Positions 28,222-38,326 of a DNA stretch of 64,000 bases are shown here, piece by piece. The stretch is taken from assembly GCA_001817505.1 (NCBI GenBank), contig MHIM01000004.1, forward strand, positions 6,953-70,952, written 5' to 3'. Position numbers and translations under genes: made by a program. Origin of the DNA: Candidatus Buchananbacteria bacterium RIFCSPLOWO2_01_FULL_39_33 (GTDB lineage Bacteria > Patescibacteriota > Patescibacteriia > 2-01-FULL-39-33). Within the stretch, counting starts at the first letter, position 1, and the number at the start of each line of letters is the position of its first letter. Under the pieces are notes generated by a model. The model did not search any database. It worked only from the letters and a program-made list of their open reading frames with translations, and was not told where the DNA came from.

Positions 28222-29922
28222 TTAAACACCCTCACCTTCCTGACTGGTATCTTCAGCCACTTTGACCGCTCTAAACAATTTTTTCTGCATCGCGCTGACA
28301 AAAACAGCCATTTCCGCCATATTAAGCAGATAACCCAAAAGCCAATAGCCCAACAAGCCAATACTGCCGGCTATAAAACCCTGGAAGAATAAACCTAAAA
28401 AGGTCTCAGTCATTACCAATTTAGCCAATAATTGCAAAGAAGCGTAAGTAAAAAGCCCGGCGCCCAATGAAGCAAAAATTATTCTCATTGACGAATCCAA
28501 TATTTTTCGGCCATCCAATCGGCCTATCTTGCGCCTTAAAGCTAATAATAAAAAGAAGAGATTGATTAAGGATGAGAAAGAAATGGCCAGCGGCATGGCT
28601 AAGACCCGCAGATCAGCCACTGACCACAAATCAGCCATTTTTAATTCAGCGATAACAAAAAATGAAAACCAATTTGGCCAACTAAAAACCCAAGCAAAAA
28701 AGACCAGTCCGGTTAAATTGGCAATCAACGCCAATAAGCCGATGTAAAACGGCGTTTTGGTGTCATGCAGGGCATAAAAGCCACGTACCAAAAGAGGCAG
28801 AGTCCCTTGGGCAAACAGGCCTAAGGCAAAGATGGCTAAGGTCGCCGCTGTCAGCCGGGTATCTAGCCAACTAAACGCTCCACTGCCTAAAATTATCCTG
28901 ACAATTTGAGCGCGCAGAACATAAAGCAAGATTGAGATTGGAATAATAAAAAACAAGGTTTGTCTAAAAGTGCTAGAAATGACCGAGACAAAATCAGCCA
29001 AGTTATTTTTAACAGCTAAAGTTGAGAGTATCGGCAAAGCCGCTACCGCTAAGGACACGCCAAAAATTCCCAAAGGAAAACTTTGTAAATTATTTGATAA
29101 ATTAAAAATGGCCAGTGAACCAACCGCTAAGGTAGAACCAACAACAGTAACCACTAAAAAATTAACCTGATTAATAATCAACGTCAAGGTCCTGGGAATT
29201 AAAAGCCGGCCGACCTTTCTGACATTTTTATCACGCCAGTTAAAAATCGCTTGATATTTATAGCCCAAAGAAAAAGTTGGCGGAATTTGCACCAGTAAAT
29301 GGAAAAACGACCCTAAAACCACACCCCAAGCCAAACCGTAAATCCCGAAATAATCAACCAAGTACAAAGCGCCAATAATAATGCCGACATTATAAAAAAT
29401 CGGCGCCAGCGAATAAACAAAAAACCGCCTAAACGATTGGAGAATTGAGCCAAAAATGGCCGATAGGCCTAAAAATATCGGGCTCAAAAACATTATCTTA
29501 GAAAGGCTGATAACCATCGCCATTTTTTCTTGGCTAAAGCCCGGCGTGATCAGTGGCATTAGGTAGGGAGTGCTCAAAAATAAAAGCGCGCAAATAACCA
29601 CGACCGCCAAAAACAATAAATTTAAAACGCTGTTTATCAGCTTCCAGGCCTCATTTTCCCCGCCGAATTTTTTAACTATCAAGCCGGTAAAAACCGGAAT
29701 CAAACCGGCCGAGATGGCTCCCAATATCAGGATATTATAAACCAAATCCGGCAAGCGGAAAGCGGCATAATAGGCATCTAAAGTATCGCCGGCGCCGAAT
29801 TGCGCCGCCAAAATCCGATCGCGGAAGATGCCTAAGATTCGGCTAATTAAAGACAGGGCGCCGATGATTATCGCCGCCGAAGTGATGGTCTTGGCCTGGG
29901 AATTGATTAACTTATTAAACAC
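28222..29922 (-). CDS. murJ: lipid II flippase MurJ/MviN
   Basis: N-terminal SRILGIFRDRILAAQFGAGDTLDAYYAAFRLPDL signature and about 14 TM helices. Confidence 0.8.
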   Translation of the reverse strand: MFNKLINSQAKTITSAAIIIGALSLISRILGIFRDRILAAQFGAGDTLDAYYAAFRLPDLVYNILILGAISAGLIPVFTGLIVKKFGGENEAWKLINSVLNLLFLAVVVICALLFLSTPYLMPLITPGFSQEKMAMVISLSKIMFLSPIFLGLSAIFGSILQSFRRFFVYSLAPIFYNVGIIIGALYLVDYFGIYGLAWGVVLGSFFHLLVQIPPTFSLGYKYQAIFNWRDKNVRKVGRLLIPRTLTLIINQVNFLVVTVVGSTLAVGSLAIFNLSNNLQSFPLGIFGVSLAVAALPILSTLAVKNNLADFVSVISSTFRQTLFFIIPISILLYVLRAQIVRIILGSGAFSWLDTRLTAATLAIFALGLFAQGTLPLLVRGFYALHDTKTPFYIGLLALIANLTGLVFFAWVFSWPNWFSFFVIAELKMADLWSVADLRVLAMPLAISFSSLINLFFLLLALRRKIGRLDGRKILDSSMRIIFASLGAGLFTYASLQLLAKLVMTETFLGLFFQGFIAGSIGLLGYWLLGYLLNMAEMAVFVSAMQKKLFRAVKVAEDTSQEGEGV

Positions 29923-29996
29923 TTGACAAATTAATTTATTTTAATTATGCTGTAAACAGTCATTAGCACCTTACAACTGAAGAAGGAGAAAAGAAT

Positions 29997-30242
29997 ATGA
30001 GAAAGAGAACTATTACTACCATTCCTAATCCCTCAGAAATGTTAGCACTGGCTAATAAACTTAGAACTGCTCTTCCCCACCCTGAACTGATTAGCAATAT
30101 AGATGTGTGTTCAATAGAAAATACCGTTAGGTTCACTTATTACTGCCGGCTATTTGAAGTATCAACTGATTTGCAGGTTCGACCAATACACGCTTATGAC
30201 GAAGTAATAGCTGTTTTAATTGAAGCGTTACTTAAAAAGTAA
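29997..30242 (+). CDS. hypothetical small protein
   Basis: 81-aa ORF, unrecognised. Confidence 0.25.
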   Translation: MRKRTITTIPNPSEMLALANKLRTALPHPELISNIDVCSIENTVRFTYYCRLFEVSTDLQVRPIHAYDEVIAVLIEALLKK

Positions 30243-30288
30243 AATAACTTTCGTTTAAAATCCTCAACAAAAGGGAAAGGAGAAAGAA

Positions 30289-30486
30289 GTGATGAAAAGA
30301 AATTACAATGTTTGGCCATTAATAATGTTTCTTCTCTCTATGCTCTGCTTGGTACTCTATGCCATTTCTGATGAGACGTATCTCGGTATTCTTATTATTT
30401 ATTTTCTGCTACTCTATGTCAAAGATGAAATAATTGATAAAATCGAAGAAATTAAAAAAGAACTCAAAAATATACAACATCACTAA
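30289..30486 (+). CDS. hypothetical small membrane protein
   Basis: 65 aa with one hydrophobic helix. Confidence 0.25.
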   Translation: MMKRNYNVWPLIMFLLSMLCLVLYAISDETYLGILIIYFLLLYVKDEIIDKIEEIKKELKNIQHH

Positions 30487-30515
30487 CCATAATAACTCCT
30501 AACGGAGTTATTTTT

Positions 30516-31697
30516 TTATTTGTTTGTTTTTTTAATTTTTTGTTTTTTTATTTCCTGGTCAACAATTTCCTTGGCTATCATCAACTCTTCATTGGCCGGA
30601 ATGATAACTGATTTAAACTGGCCTAAATGTTTGATTCTTTCCAAAATTATTTTTCTGATAATCGGGCTTCTTTCCCCGATGCCGCCGGTAAAAACAATCA
30701 AATCCAACCCTTTCATTGAGACAGCTAATTGTCCGATATATCGGACAATGTCATAAATAAAAATAGCCAGGGCCAATTGTGATTTTTTTCTTTGTGCTAA
30801 ATTAAACCGTTGGTGGCTCTGATAGCCGCTGACTTTATAACCGCTGGCCGATAATATTTCCCGCATATCCATAGTGCCAGCCACACCCAGTAAACCCGAG
30901 CGATTATTTAACAGATCGCTTATTTCTTGAGTGGACATTTTCAGCTCATCAATCAAAAAAAGCGGTATGGAAGCATCTAAGTCCCCGGCTCTGGTAGACA
31001 TTGTCAGCCCTTCTAAGGGCGTAAAACCCATAGTGGTATCAATAGCTCGGCCATTTAAAGTGGCAGTCAAGCTACAGCCGCTGCCCAAATGGCAAGTGAT
31101 AATTTTGGCTTTATGGATTTTGATATTCGCCTTTTTGGTTCCTTCCAGAGCCGAATATTTATGAGAAAGGCCATGGAAGCCATACCTTCTAATGCCTAAC
31201 TTATAAAATTTCTCCGGCAAAGCGTAACGATGAGCATACTCGGGAATAGTGGCATAATAAGCCGTATCAAAAACCGCCCAGTGTTGAACTAGGGGCAGGA
31301 TTTTTATGGCCTCTTTAGCGCCAAGCAAATTTATCGGATTATGGAGTGGCGCTAATTTATTATAACTTGCCAATTTTTTAATAATTTTATCAGTCAGCTT
31401 GGCTGGCTGGTTGAAAACGCCGCCGCCATGAACCACCCGATGGCCGACTAATTTTACGTCCGGCAAAATATCTTGGAGTTGAACTGACATTTCACCAAAA
31501 GCGGCGTTCTGGTTTTTAATTCCCTTGGGATATTTTTTAATAATTTTACTTTTGGCCGATTTTACGGATAAAAAAGAATCCTTTAAGCCAATACGTTCAA
31601 TCAGGCCGGAAATTTCTTCCTCTAAATTGACCGCCGAAAAAACCTTGAATTTCAAGGTGGCGCTGCCAGCATTAATTACCAATATTTTCTTCATCAC
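30516..31697 (-). CDS. ackA: acetate kinase
   Basis: KILVINAGSATLKF, HRVVHGG and RRYGFHGLSHKY motifs. Confidence 0.85.
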   Translation of the reverse strand: MMKKILVINAGSATLKFKVFSAVNLEEEISGLIERIGLKDSFLSVKSAKSKIIKKYPKGIKNQNAAFGEMSVQLQDILPDVKLVGHRVVHGGGVFNQPAKLTDKIIKKLASYNKLAPLHNPINLLGAKEAIKILPLVQHWAVFDTAYYATIPEYAHRYALPEKFYKLGIRRYGFHGLSHKYSALEGTKKANIKIHKAKIITCHLGSGCSLTATLNGRAIDTTMGFTPLEGLTMSTRAGDLDASIPLFLIDELKMSTQEISDLLNNRSGLLGVAGTMDMREILSASGYKVSGYQSHQRFNLAQRKKSQLALAIFIYDIVRYIGQLAVSMKGLDLIVFTGGIGERSPIIRKIILERIKHLGQFKSVIIPANEELMIAKEIVDQEIKKQKIKKTNK

Positions 31698-31915
31698 TAA
31701 CTCAATTTACTTTGAATTATCAAAACCGCCACTACCGCGATAAAAATTACTCCAATAAATAAATAAAGCATTTTTTTATTATTATTTGTTAATTTTGGTT
31801 TATAGCCCGCAGCCAGCTGTAAAATACCACTTTTTAAGGGAATCAAGCGAGTAAAACGAATAAATTTATTAATTTCTGCCTGGGATTATTAAAATCATCC
31901 CTGTTGCCGCTAGAA

Positions 31916-32518
31916 TTATGCTGATATTATTTCTCCTTGGCTACAGATGCCGGCCGGTAAAGCGGCATTGCCCTCATCGGTGTCAAGATGAACTGATAAA
32001 TCAAAATTTTTTTTCACCCGAACTACAACATTATGAAAAGTCACGCTTCTGGCGCCTAGGGTCTTAACAGCTAAACTCTGACCATCTTGCAAACCCAGTT
32101 TATTGGCTTGAGCGGGGTTGCAATGCAAATGTCTTTGGGCAATGATGATACCCTCTTTGATGTTAACTTTCCCTTTGGATCCGATTAGCATCGCTCCGGG
32201 TGTTTTTTCAATATCACCGGACAATCTAATCGGCGGATTTATTTTTAATTTTCTGGCCTCGGTCAGAGTTATTTCCACCTGGGTCTTGGGTCTGATCGGT
32301 CCTACCACCCGGACATTAGTCAATTGTCCGCCTTTGGTTTTAACCGTAATGGTCTCTTGAGAAGCAAATTCGCCAAGTTGAGACAATGGCTTAATAACTT
32401 TTAATTTATAATTTTTACCTAAAAGTTTTTGGGCATCTTGATCCGATAAATGGCAGTGGCGGGCTGAAATTTCTATTTTTATTTTATTTTTCATGACGTT
32501 TAGATGATTTATAATCAT
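31916..32518 (-). CDS. PduL-type phosphate acyltransferase (phosphotransacetylase analogue)
   Basis: Two PduL repeats, including RHLHCNP...GLQDGQ and VHLDTDEGNAA. Adjacent to ackA. Confidence 0.7.
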   Translation of the reverse strand: MIINHLNVMKNKIKIEISARHCHLSDQDAQKLLGKNYKLKVIKPLSQLGEFASQETITVKTKGGQLTNVRVVGPIRPKTQVEITLTEARKLKINPPIRLSGDIEKTPGAMLIGSKGKVNIKEGIIIAQRHLHCNPAQANKLGLQDGQSLAVKTLGARSVTFHNVVVRVKKNFDLSVHLDTDEGNAALPAGICSQGEIISA

Positions 32519-32593
32519 CTATTATATAATAACACATTCCAGGCAAATAAAAAATCCTGCAAAGCAATTTTGCTTTACAGGATACGTGCTGTA

Positions 32594-33499
32594 CTATGGG
32601 GTGGGTGGCTTTGTGGTCTGCTCCTCGTACTCAAATGAGATATCCACATAGACATCGCCCATCCATGAGGGATAGACATAAGGCACATACATAATGCCAT
32701 AAACCGCATCGAATAGATCAAAATCCAGTTGGGTGGCGTACGATTTACCATTTATATCTTGGATGGCCAAGACCGCCTGATTAAGCAAACTGTCAAAATC
32801 TAGCGGCAACCAAGCGGTGAAAATCATCGTCACCGGATCCTGGCCACCTGGGTTCTGCGGAGAGAACCAGGCGTAATAAGTTGATCCGTCGTTAGTCGTA
32901 ATAACTGCCTGGCCGTATTCGTCATATTCACCGGGCAATTCTCCCACGAAAAACCGATAGCGATAGCTCTCGGTCATGATGAAGACGACCTCGATTAGAT
33001 TTTCTCCGCCATTGACTTCAAACTTCAAATTGTCAGAGAAAAGGACATTGCCGTAAGCGTCTATGGCCTCCACCCAGATATCGTAAGTGCCGGGACGGAT
33101 CATGATTTCGGCATAGTAGCTGCCGTTTTCCACCGGCACGAAGAATGATTGGCTCTGGTTGAGCTGATCATCCCCTTGCAGGTAGAAAAAGAAATTCAGG
33201 GACGTGATCTGCCTTTTCAGTAGATCGCCGTAGTCCCCAATAGATGCCTTCGCCGCAGGGTCATACAACTGTCCGCTGACAATGACCTTACCCAATTCCA
33301 GTTCGATTACTCCGCCGCCGTTATCTGTCGATAACGTACCCGAAACCGGACAACCCGTGAAAGTGCACAGAAGCAGAAACGCAACCAAAACGCAAGCCGC
33401 GAAAGAGATGGTACTACTAAAAGTCCATTCTGTCTTCCTGATTTCGCTCATCTTATTCATGTTCATTCCTCCTTTTCCGTTGTTTTCTCTCAACCTCAC
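32594..33499 (-). CDS. hypothetical lipoprotein/secreted protein of atypical composition
   Basis: Lipobox-like LLLCTFTGC at the N-terminus. Noticeably GC-richer codon usage than its neighbours. Confidence 0.45.
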   Translation of the reverse strand: MRLRENNGKGGMNMNKMSEIRKTEWTFSSTISFAACVLVAFLLLCTFTGCPVSGTLSTDNGGGVIELELGKVIVSGQLYDPAAKASIGDYGDLLKRQITSLNFFFYLQGDDQLNQSQSFFVPVENGSYYAEIMIRPGTYDIWVEAIDAYGNVLFSDNLKFEVNGGENLIEVVFIMTESYRYRFFVGELPGEYDEYGQAVITTNDGSTYYAWFSPQNPGGQDPVTMIFTAWLPLDFDSLLNQAVLAIQDINGKSYATQLDFDLFDAVYGIMYVPYVYPSWMGDVYVDISFEYEEQTTKPPTP

Positions 33500-33709
33500 T
33501 AAGGTTAGCCGGCTTCACATTAACCAATGATTTTGTAACGTACAAAACATAATTATATCATACTTTAAAAATTTTGTCAATAGTTACGTTAATTAGATGA
33601 TATATTTAGCTAAAATTAAATAAAATATAAAAATAGAGACGCATTGCAATGCGTCTCTATAATTAATAAATTCACTAATTTCCTATTTCTAATTTTTTGT
33701 TTTCTTGTT

Positions 33710-36361
33710 TTATTGTTTTCTTTCTCTAATCACCGCTTGAGCAGCTGCTAATCGAGCAATTGGCACTCTAAAAGGCGAACAGGAAACATAATCAAAACCC
33801 TGTCCATGGCAAAATTCCACACTGCTGGGTTCGCCGCCGTGCTCGCCGCAAATGCCGATTTTCAGATCGCTTCTGACTTTCCTGCCTTTCTCCACGGCGA
33901 TTCTGATTAATTCGCCCACGCCTTCTTGGTCTAAGACCTCAAAAGGATCCCGATCATAAATGCCTTTGGCTACGTATTCTTTTAAGAATTTGCCGGCATC
34001 ATCACGGCTGAAACCGCAGCCCATTTGCGTCAAATCATTGGTGCCGAAAGAAAAAAATTCTGCTTCTTCGGCAATCTGATCAGCGGTTACAGCGGCTCTG
34101 GGCACTTCAATCATCGTGCCAATCTTATAAGGCAAATCAAGGCCTGAACTTTTAATAATGGCCTTAGCGATCTCCACCGTCCTTTGCTTTAAAATTGAAA
34201 ATTCTTTACTGTTGCCGACTAAAGGAATCATTATTTCCGGCGCAACTTGGCTTGATCGGCCACAAGTTGGACACTCTTTGGCAACCTCAATAGCCGCTTC
34301 AATTATGGCTCGGACCTGCATATCGTAAATTTCCGGATAAGTAATGGCCAGCCGGCAACCCCGGTGGCCAAGCATCGGATTAAATTCATGCAAATCGGAA
34401 ATCTTGGCTTTCAACGTGCCGGCATCAACTTCCATTTCCCTGGCTAAATCATAAATATCTTTTTCAGTGATTGGCAAAAATTCATGCAACGGCGGATCCA
34501 GCAATCTAATAGTTACCGGATAACCTTCCATAGTTTTAAATAAGCCGATAAAATCCTGTTTTTGGTAAGGCAATAATTTAGCCAGAGCTTTTTGGCGTCC
34601 CTCAACATCCGAAGCTAAAATCATTTCCCTAACTGCTTTTATTCTATCACCTTCAAAAAACATATGCTCTGTTCGACATAAGCCGATGCCTTCAGCGCCG
34701 AATTTTCTGGCTACTTTAGCATCCTGGGGGGTATCGGCATTAGTTCTGATTTTTAATTCTCTTATTTCATCAGACCAGTTCATAATAGTCCCGAAATCGC
34801 CGCTTAACTCCGGCTCTTGGGTATTTAATTTGCCTAAATAAACTTGGCCATCGCCGCCATCAAGAGTTATAAAATCACCTTCTTTGACCACCAATCCACT
34901 CTCTTTAAGAGTGAACTTCCTGCCTTTTTCATCAATCTGTATATCAGCGCAGCCAGCGATACAGCAAGTACCCAGGCCTCTAGCGACAACAGCAGCGTGT
35001 GAAGTCATACCGCCTCTGGCGGTTAAGATACCCTTAGCGCTATGCATGCCGTCAATGTCTTCAGGCGAAGTTTCAACTCTAACCAACACGACATCTAAAC
35101 CTTGTTGAGTTTTTTTATAGGCCTCGGCGGCGGTAAAAACAACTTGACCAACAGCGGCTCCCGGCGAAGCCGGTAAGCCGGTGGCTATCACTTCAGCTTT
35201 GGCTTTAGCTATTAGATCCAGTTGCTTGTGCAATAATTGATCCAATTGTTCCGGCTGAACTTTCATTAAGGCCTCGGCTTTAGTTAAAACGCCTTCTTTG
35301 ACCAAATCAACGGCAATTTTCACAGTCGCCGCCGCTGTTCTTTTGCCATTTCTGGCCTGTAAAATAAAAAGCTTACCTCCTTGAATGGTGAATTCCATAT
35401 CCTGCATATCTTGATAATGTTTTTCCACCTGATCGCAAATAGCCACCAATTCATCATAAATAGCTTTATTTTGCTCGGCTAAAGCGGAAATCGGTTGGGG
35501 AGTTCTAATGCCGGCTACCACATCTTCGCCTTGGGCATTCATCAGATATTCGCCATAAAATTTATTTTCACCGGTTGAGGGATTTCTGGTAAAGCAAACA
35601 CCAGTGCCGGAATTTTCATTTAAGTTGCCAAAAACCATGGCTTGGATATTAACCGCCGTGCCGACTAAGCCCTTGATATTATTAATTTCTCTATATCTAA
35701 TAGCCCGATAATTGTTCCAAGAATTAAAAACCGCATCAATAGATAATTGCAGTTGTTCCATTGGGTCTTGGGGAAAATCCCGACCCTTTAATTCAATGAT
35801 TTTAGCTCGGTATCTTTTAACTATGGCCTCCAGATGTCCAGCTGTTAAATCAGTGTCAGACTGGACGCCAACAGTATCTTTGACCTTTTCTAAAATTTCC
35901 TCAAATTCACTGCCCTTAATTTCCATCACCACCTCGCCAAACATTTGGATGAATCTCCGATATGAGTCCCAAGCAAACCTGGGATTATTTGATTTTTGAG
36001 CTAAGCCCTCAACTGATTGGTCATTAAGGCCTAAATTGAGAATAGTATCCATCATCCCCGGCATAGAAGCGGCCGCACCGGAACGAACCGAAACTAACAG
36101 CGGATCATTGGCCTCACCCAACTTTTTACCCATTTTATTTTCCAATTCCCGAAGCTGGTGACTGATTTGTTCTTTGACCTCACTAGGATAATTTTTGTTA
36201 TTCTGGTGATAAATATCACAAACTTCAGTAGTAACAGTAAAGCCCGGCGGCACTCTAATACCCAAGCCGCTCATTTCCGCCAAGTTAGCGCCTTTGCCGC
36301 CTAGAATGGCTTTCATTTCCCTATTCCCCTCCTCAAAAGAATAAACGTACTTCTTCTCCAT
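33710..36361 (-). CDS. ppdK: pyruvate, phosphate dikinase
   Basis: 883 aa. N-terminal MKAILGGKGANLAEM, a phosphohistidine domain (GGMTSHAAVVARG) and a PEP-utilising C-terminal domain. Confidence 0.9.
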   Translation of the reverse strand: MEKKYVYSFEEGNREMKAILGGKGANLAEMSGLGIRVPPGFTVTTEVCDIYHQNNKNYPSEVKEQISHQLRELENKMGKKLGEANDPLLVSVRSGAAASMPGMMDTILNLGLNDQSVEGLAQKSNNPRFAWDSYRRFIQMFGEVVMEIKGSEFEEILEKVKDTVGVQSDTDLTAGHLEAIVKRYRAKIIELKGRDFPQDPMEQLQLSIDAVFNSWNNYRAIRYREINNIKGLVGTAVNIQAMVFGNLNENSGTGVCFTRNPSTGENKFYGEYLMNAQGEDVVAGIRTPQPISALAEQNKAIYDELVAICDQVEKHYQDMQDMEFTIQGGKLFILQARNGKRTAAATVKIAVDLVKEGVLTKAEALMKVQPEQLDQLLHKQLDLIAKAKAEVIATGLPASPGAAVGQVVFTAAEAYKKTQQGLDVVLVRVETSPEDIDGMHSAKGILTARGGMTSHAAVVARGLGTCCIAGCADIQIDEKGRKFTLKESGLVVKEGDFITLDGGDGQVYLGKLNTQEPELSGDFGTIMNWSDEIRELKIRTNADTPQDAKVARKFGAEGIGLCRTEHMFFEGDRIKAVREMILASDVEGRQKALAKLLPYQKQDFIGLFKTMEGYPVTIRLLDPPLHEFLPITEKDIYDLAREMEVDAGTLKAKISDLHEFNPMLGHRGCRLAITYPEIYDMQVRAIIEAAIEVAKECPTCGRSSQVAPEIMIPLVGNSKEFSILKQRTVEIAKAIIKSSGLDLPYKIGTMIEVPRAAVTADQIAEEAEFFSFGTNDLTQMGCGFSRDDAGKFLKEYVAKGIYDRDPFEVLDQEGVGELIRIAVEKGRKVRSDLKIGICGEHGGEPSSVEFCHGQGFDYVSCSPFRVPIARLAAAQAVIRERKQ

Positions 36362-36513
36362 GATTTAAAAAATTAGAAATTAGAAATTAGAAATTAGAAA
36401 TTTTGGTAAAAATCTATAATTTACAATTTTCAACTTCAATTTACTTATTTTTTAGAAAAAAAATTATAGACCTGACTTGGTCTATCACCTGCCTGAACTT
36501 TAAGCAATTAACC

Positions 36514-37476
36514 TTATCTTTGGGCCAGCCGCCTTTTATCCAACAAGCCATTTTGGGCTCCAACTTTGCCAATGACGGAAGCAGAGTTTTTTATACCCCA
36601 GCTTAAAGCTGTCTTGATATTTTTACCATAAATCAAAGCGCCTGTAAAGGCCGAAGAAAAAGCATCGCCAACACCGACCGTATCCACGCTTTTCACCTTC
36701 AACGCTTTCATAAAATAATATTTATGGCCATCATAAACATAAGCGCCAGCGCTGCCATCGGTAATTACCACTATCTCTGGGCCTAAGCCCCGGATGTATT
36801 TGATCAATCCCTTAATATCCTTTAATTTTTTGAATTCTAAGGCCTCATCTTTATTCAAAAGAAACAACTTTACCTTGGGCAAATATTTTCCCATTTTGGC
36901 TAGCTGCTGCAGTTGCGCATTGCCGGGATTCCAGGCAATTTTAGATTTCGTCTTAATAACCGAAGCCATTATCCCTGCCCAGTTAATTTTAGGCAATGAG
37001 GAAATATAAAGCCAGTCGCTTGCTATCTTGTCTAACTGCAAATCTTTATTTGAGAGGGTATCACTCGCTCCCCGGTGAGCAAAAACTATATGTTCGTTTT
37101 CCGCGCCCTTAACCGTTAAAATCATGGAAAAAGCGGTTAAATTGTGCTTATCATATTTTATCAAGCTGGAATCAACTCGGTGTTTTTTCAAATTCTCCAC
37201 CGCTTTCCTGCCCTCTTCATCCCAACCAACTTGGCAGATTATGCCAGTTTTCAAACCCAAACGGGCAAAAGCCACAGCCGTATTAGCTGCTCCGCCGCCA
37301 TAGGTAGGATAAAGTTTATCAGCTATTATTTTGGCGCCATATTCAAAGGCCAATAATTTCTGCTTGGTTAAATTGTTGGTGGAAATCAATTCACCTTCAC
37401 CGGAGTAGAACATAAAATCACTGGTGGCGCCGCCAATGGAAACAACATCAAATTTTTTAATATTTCTTTTCAACAT
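36514..37476 (-). CDS. PfkB-family carbohydrate/nucleoside kinase
   Basis: N-terminal DVVSIGGATSDF and a C-terminal DTVGVGDAFSSAF motif. Confidence 0.75.
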   Translation of the reverse strand: MLKRNIKKFDVVSIGGATSDFMFYSGEGELISTNNLTKQKLLAFEYGAKIIADKLYPTYGGGAANTAVAFARLGLKTGIICQVGWDEEGRKAVENLKKHRVDSSLIKYDKHNLTAFSMILTVKGAENEHIVFAHRGASDTLSNKDLQLDKIASDWLYISSLPKINWAGIMASVIKTKSKIAWNPGNAQLQQLAKMGKYLPKVKLFLLNKDEALEFKKLKDIKGLIKYIRGLGPEIVVITDGSAGAYVYDGHKYYFMKALKVKSVDTVGVGDAFSSAFTGALIYGKNIKTALSWGIKNSASVIGKVGAQNGLLDKRRLAQR

Positions 37477-37571
37477 GCCTTAAATTATAGCAAATAAACG
37501 ATTAATTTGACAAATAATCATTAAAAAATATAAGATTAATATCAATACTTTTATTAAGAAGGAGAAAAAAG

Positions 37572-38183
37572 ATGAGATTTTTGACTTTGATTTTTGGCAC
37601 GGTTGGCTCGGGCAAGACCGCTGAACTTTTACGGCTGGTCAGCAAGCTGGAAGAACATAATAGCCGCTGCCGGCTGATTGAAAAACGAAAATTTACCGTT
37701 TTCAAACCCGTAATAGAAACCAGAAGCGATCAAATAACTATTATTTCTCGAAGCGGGCAAGCTTTTGATAAGGTGGTAGCCGTTAGCGATATTAATGATT
37801 TGGTCAGGGAGTTGGACAGGCATAATCCCGATATCATTGTTATTGAAGAATGCCAATTTTTTGAAATCGGCGCTGGCAACGAGCCGCAGGCCTTCATTCT
37901 GTTAATCAGGAAACTATTAGAGAGCAAAAAACAAGTTATTCTCTGCGGCTTAATTCAAAATTGTTACGGTGGTCAATTTGAAATTTCAAGTTCTCTCTGC
38001 CCGGAGGCAGATGAAATCATCAATCCGCACACCACCTGCCATTGCGGCCAAGTAGCTTCTCGCAGCCAAAGATTGCAAATTGGCTATTCTACGCCCATAA
38101 CTGACCCGGTATTTATAGTTGACGACGATTCCAGCCATAACTTGGGTTACAGTTACGAGCCCAGGTGCAATAACTGCTGGTAA
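37572..38183 (+). CDS. tdk: thymidine kinase
   Basis: P-loop GTVGSGKTAEL, IVIIEECQFF, and a C-terminal Cys zinc ribbon (CHCGQ...CNNC). Confidence 0.85.
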   Translation: MRFLTLIFGTVGSGKTAELLRLVSKLEEHNSRCRLIEKRKFTVFKPVIETRSDQITIISRSGQAFDKVVAVSDINDLVRELDRHNPDIIVIEECQFFEIGAGNEPQAFILLIRKLLESKKQVILCGLIQNCYGGQFEISSSLCPEADEIINPHTTCHCGQVASRSQRLQIGYSTPITDPVFIVDDDSSHNLGYSYEPRCNNCW

Positions 38184-38326
38184 TTGCCTAAAAAGCCCCA
38201 TCCGAATTTAGCGACTTTTAGAAAAATCATAGCTGAAAAATCGGCATTGGAAATTGAATTAGAAAGAATCAGCCGCCTTAAACCATAAGACAGCTTTTTT
38301 ATTTTTTACTTGACAAAGCCAACAAC

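Noticed and set aside
36370-36410. Tandem aattagaaatt repeats (x4) and similar ttagaaatt runs upstream of ppdK, uvrB (53640..53760) and ybaB (5100..5220)
   Set aside because: Too short and AT-rich to call CRISPR or a mobile repeat. Likely promoter/UP-element low complexity typical of this genome, though the recurrence of tagaaatt is noted.
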